From a virus (taxonomy: Duplodnaviria; Caudoviricetes), in IMG/VR virus record IMGVR_UViG_3300002989_000008, positions 1 through 36,997 of that record: DNA of 36,997 bases. One strand, 5' to 3'. Position 1 is the first letter of the stretch; the number at the start of each line of letters is the position of its first letter. Of this stretch, positions 36,553-36,997 are shown piece by piece. The notes under the pieces are model-generated. The model saw nothing but the letters and a program-made list of their open reading frames with translations. It searched no databases and was not told where the DNA came from. The translations under genes and the position numbers were made by a program.

Positions 36553-36762
36553 ATGAATAAACAATTTATCCTCTTAACAACGACAGAGAATACCGAAATT
36601 ATTATCTGTCTTTCCAATATTGCAACAATCCAGGCTGCAGAAAGAAATCAAAATATGACCGAAATCAAGTTCAACTATGCAAAAGATAATGAATTACAAC
36701 CTTATTTTATAGTTGTAAAGGAAGAATTTGGCCTAGTTAAATCAATGCTTGGATTAAAGTAG
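36553..36762 (+). CDS. Second FlbD/SwrD-like small protein (69 aa; start reassigned to MNKQFILL)
   Basis: FILLT...IIICLSNIATI...TEI...IVVKEEFGLV; same 42-nt leader as the previous gene. Confidence 0.55.
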   Translation: MNKQFILLTTTENTEIIICLSNIATIQAAERNQNMTEIKFNYAKDNELQPYFIVVKEEFGLVKSMLGLK

Positions 36763-36895
36763 GCAAGTCTTCAATATGTGTATTTCGAATACAAAACAAG
36801 TACACAATACAGACATAAATACAATCCCCAGGGATGCCGGCACGGAATACAAATTTTAAAAATGTGCAAATCAAAGGGATAGACGGGTTTTGAAG

Positions 36896-36911
36896 ATCCC
36901 CGCAGCTCCAC
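36896..36911 (+). other. Probable prophage att site: displaced 3' end of tmRNA (ssrA)
   Basis: ATCCCCG-CAGCTCC-AC equals a T-stem 3' strand plus an acceptor strand pairing with GGGGCTG (G3.U70); the 5' T-arm (GGTTCGA) is absent, so it is a fragment. Confidence 0.65.
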
Positions 36912-36914
36912 GGC

Positions 36915-36950
36915 AAAATGGCTGTAAATCTATTGATTTACAGCCATTTT
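36915..36950 (+). terminator. Perfect 16-bp hairpin just after the att core
   Basis: AAAATGGCTGTAAATC-TATT-GATTTACAGCCATTTT. Confidence 0.75.
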
Positions 36951-36997
36951 CGCATTTCAGACCATAAGAGACAATAGGTGCAGTTAATTTGATAGTT

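Larger units (their letters stand above)
1..36911 (-). mobile_element. Temperate tailed prophage of a Bacteroidota host (left end outside the window)
   Basis: Colinear terminase, portal, S49 protease, capsid, tail tube, tape measure, tail fibre, primase-helicase and CI/Cro-like switch, ending at a tmRNA-like 3' fragment. Confidence 0.93.

Noticed and set aside
36860-36915. Complete tRNA or tmRNA gene
   Set aside because: Only the 3' T-stem/acceptor strand is present; no GGTTCGA T-loop and no matching 5' GGGGCTG

Overview
Most of a temperate, tailed (siphovirus-like; no sheath gene seen) prophage of a Bacteroidota host, inferred from TAnnTTTG -7 promoters and the gene families present. Nearly all genes are on the minus strand. 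Read right to left: a probable att site (3' end of tmRNA, ~36896-36911), three small cassette-like genes, a CI/Cro-like switch, a LuxR-type regulator, early genes (DUF4406-like, degenerate HNH, ASCH-like), a primase-helicase with an iterated-repeat origin, S49 protease, major capsid, tail tube, PLD-like nuclease and terminase. An accessory block of ~4 kb lies between terminase and portal: a peptide plus membrane-protein moron, a structured RNA leader, a candidate packaging site, an ArdC-N/RadC cassette and a DUF4468-like moron. Then come portal, head-tail genes, an LMW-PTP-like phosphatase, tape measure, a tail protein and a repeat-rich tail fibre with an S74 chaperone. No integrase or lysis genes are in the window; they probably lie left of position 1. 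Best leads: the terminase-portal accessory block (possible genome end carrying anti-defence genes under antisense control, plus a peptide/membrane-protein pair), a phage-specific late promoter (GTCCTTTAA-N18-TA..TTG, three copies), the phosphatase inside the tail operon, and repeat-led FlbD-like mini-cassettes next to att. All family calls come from motif recognition by eye, not from database searches.
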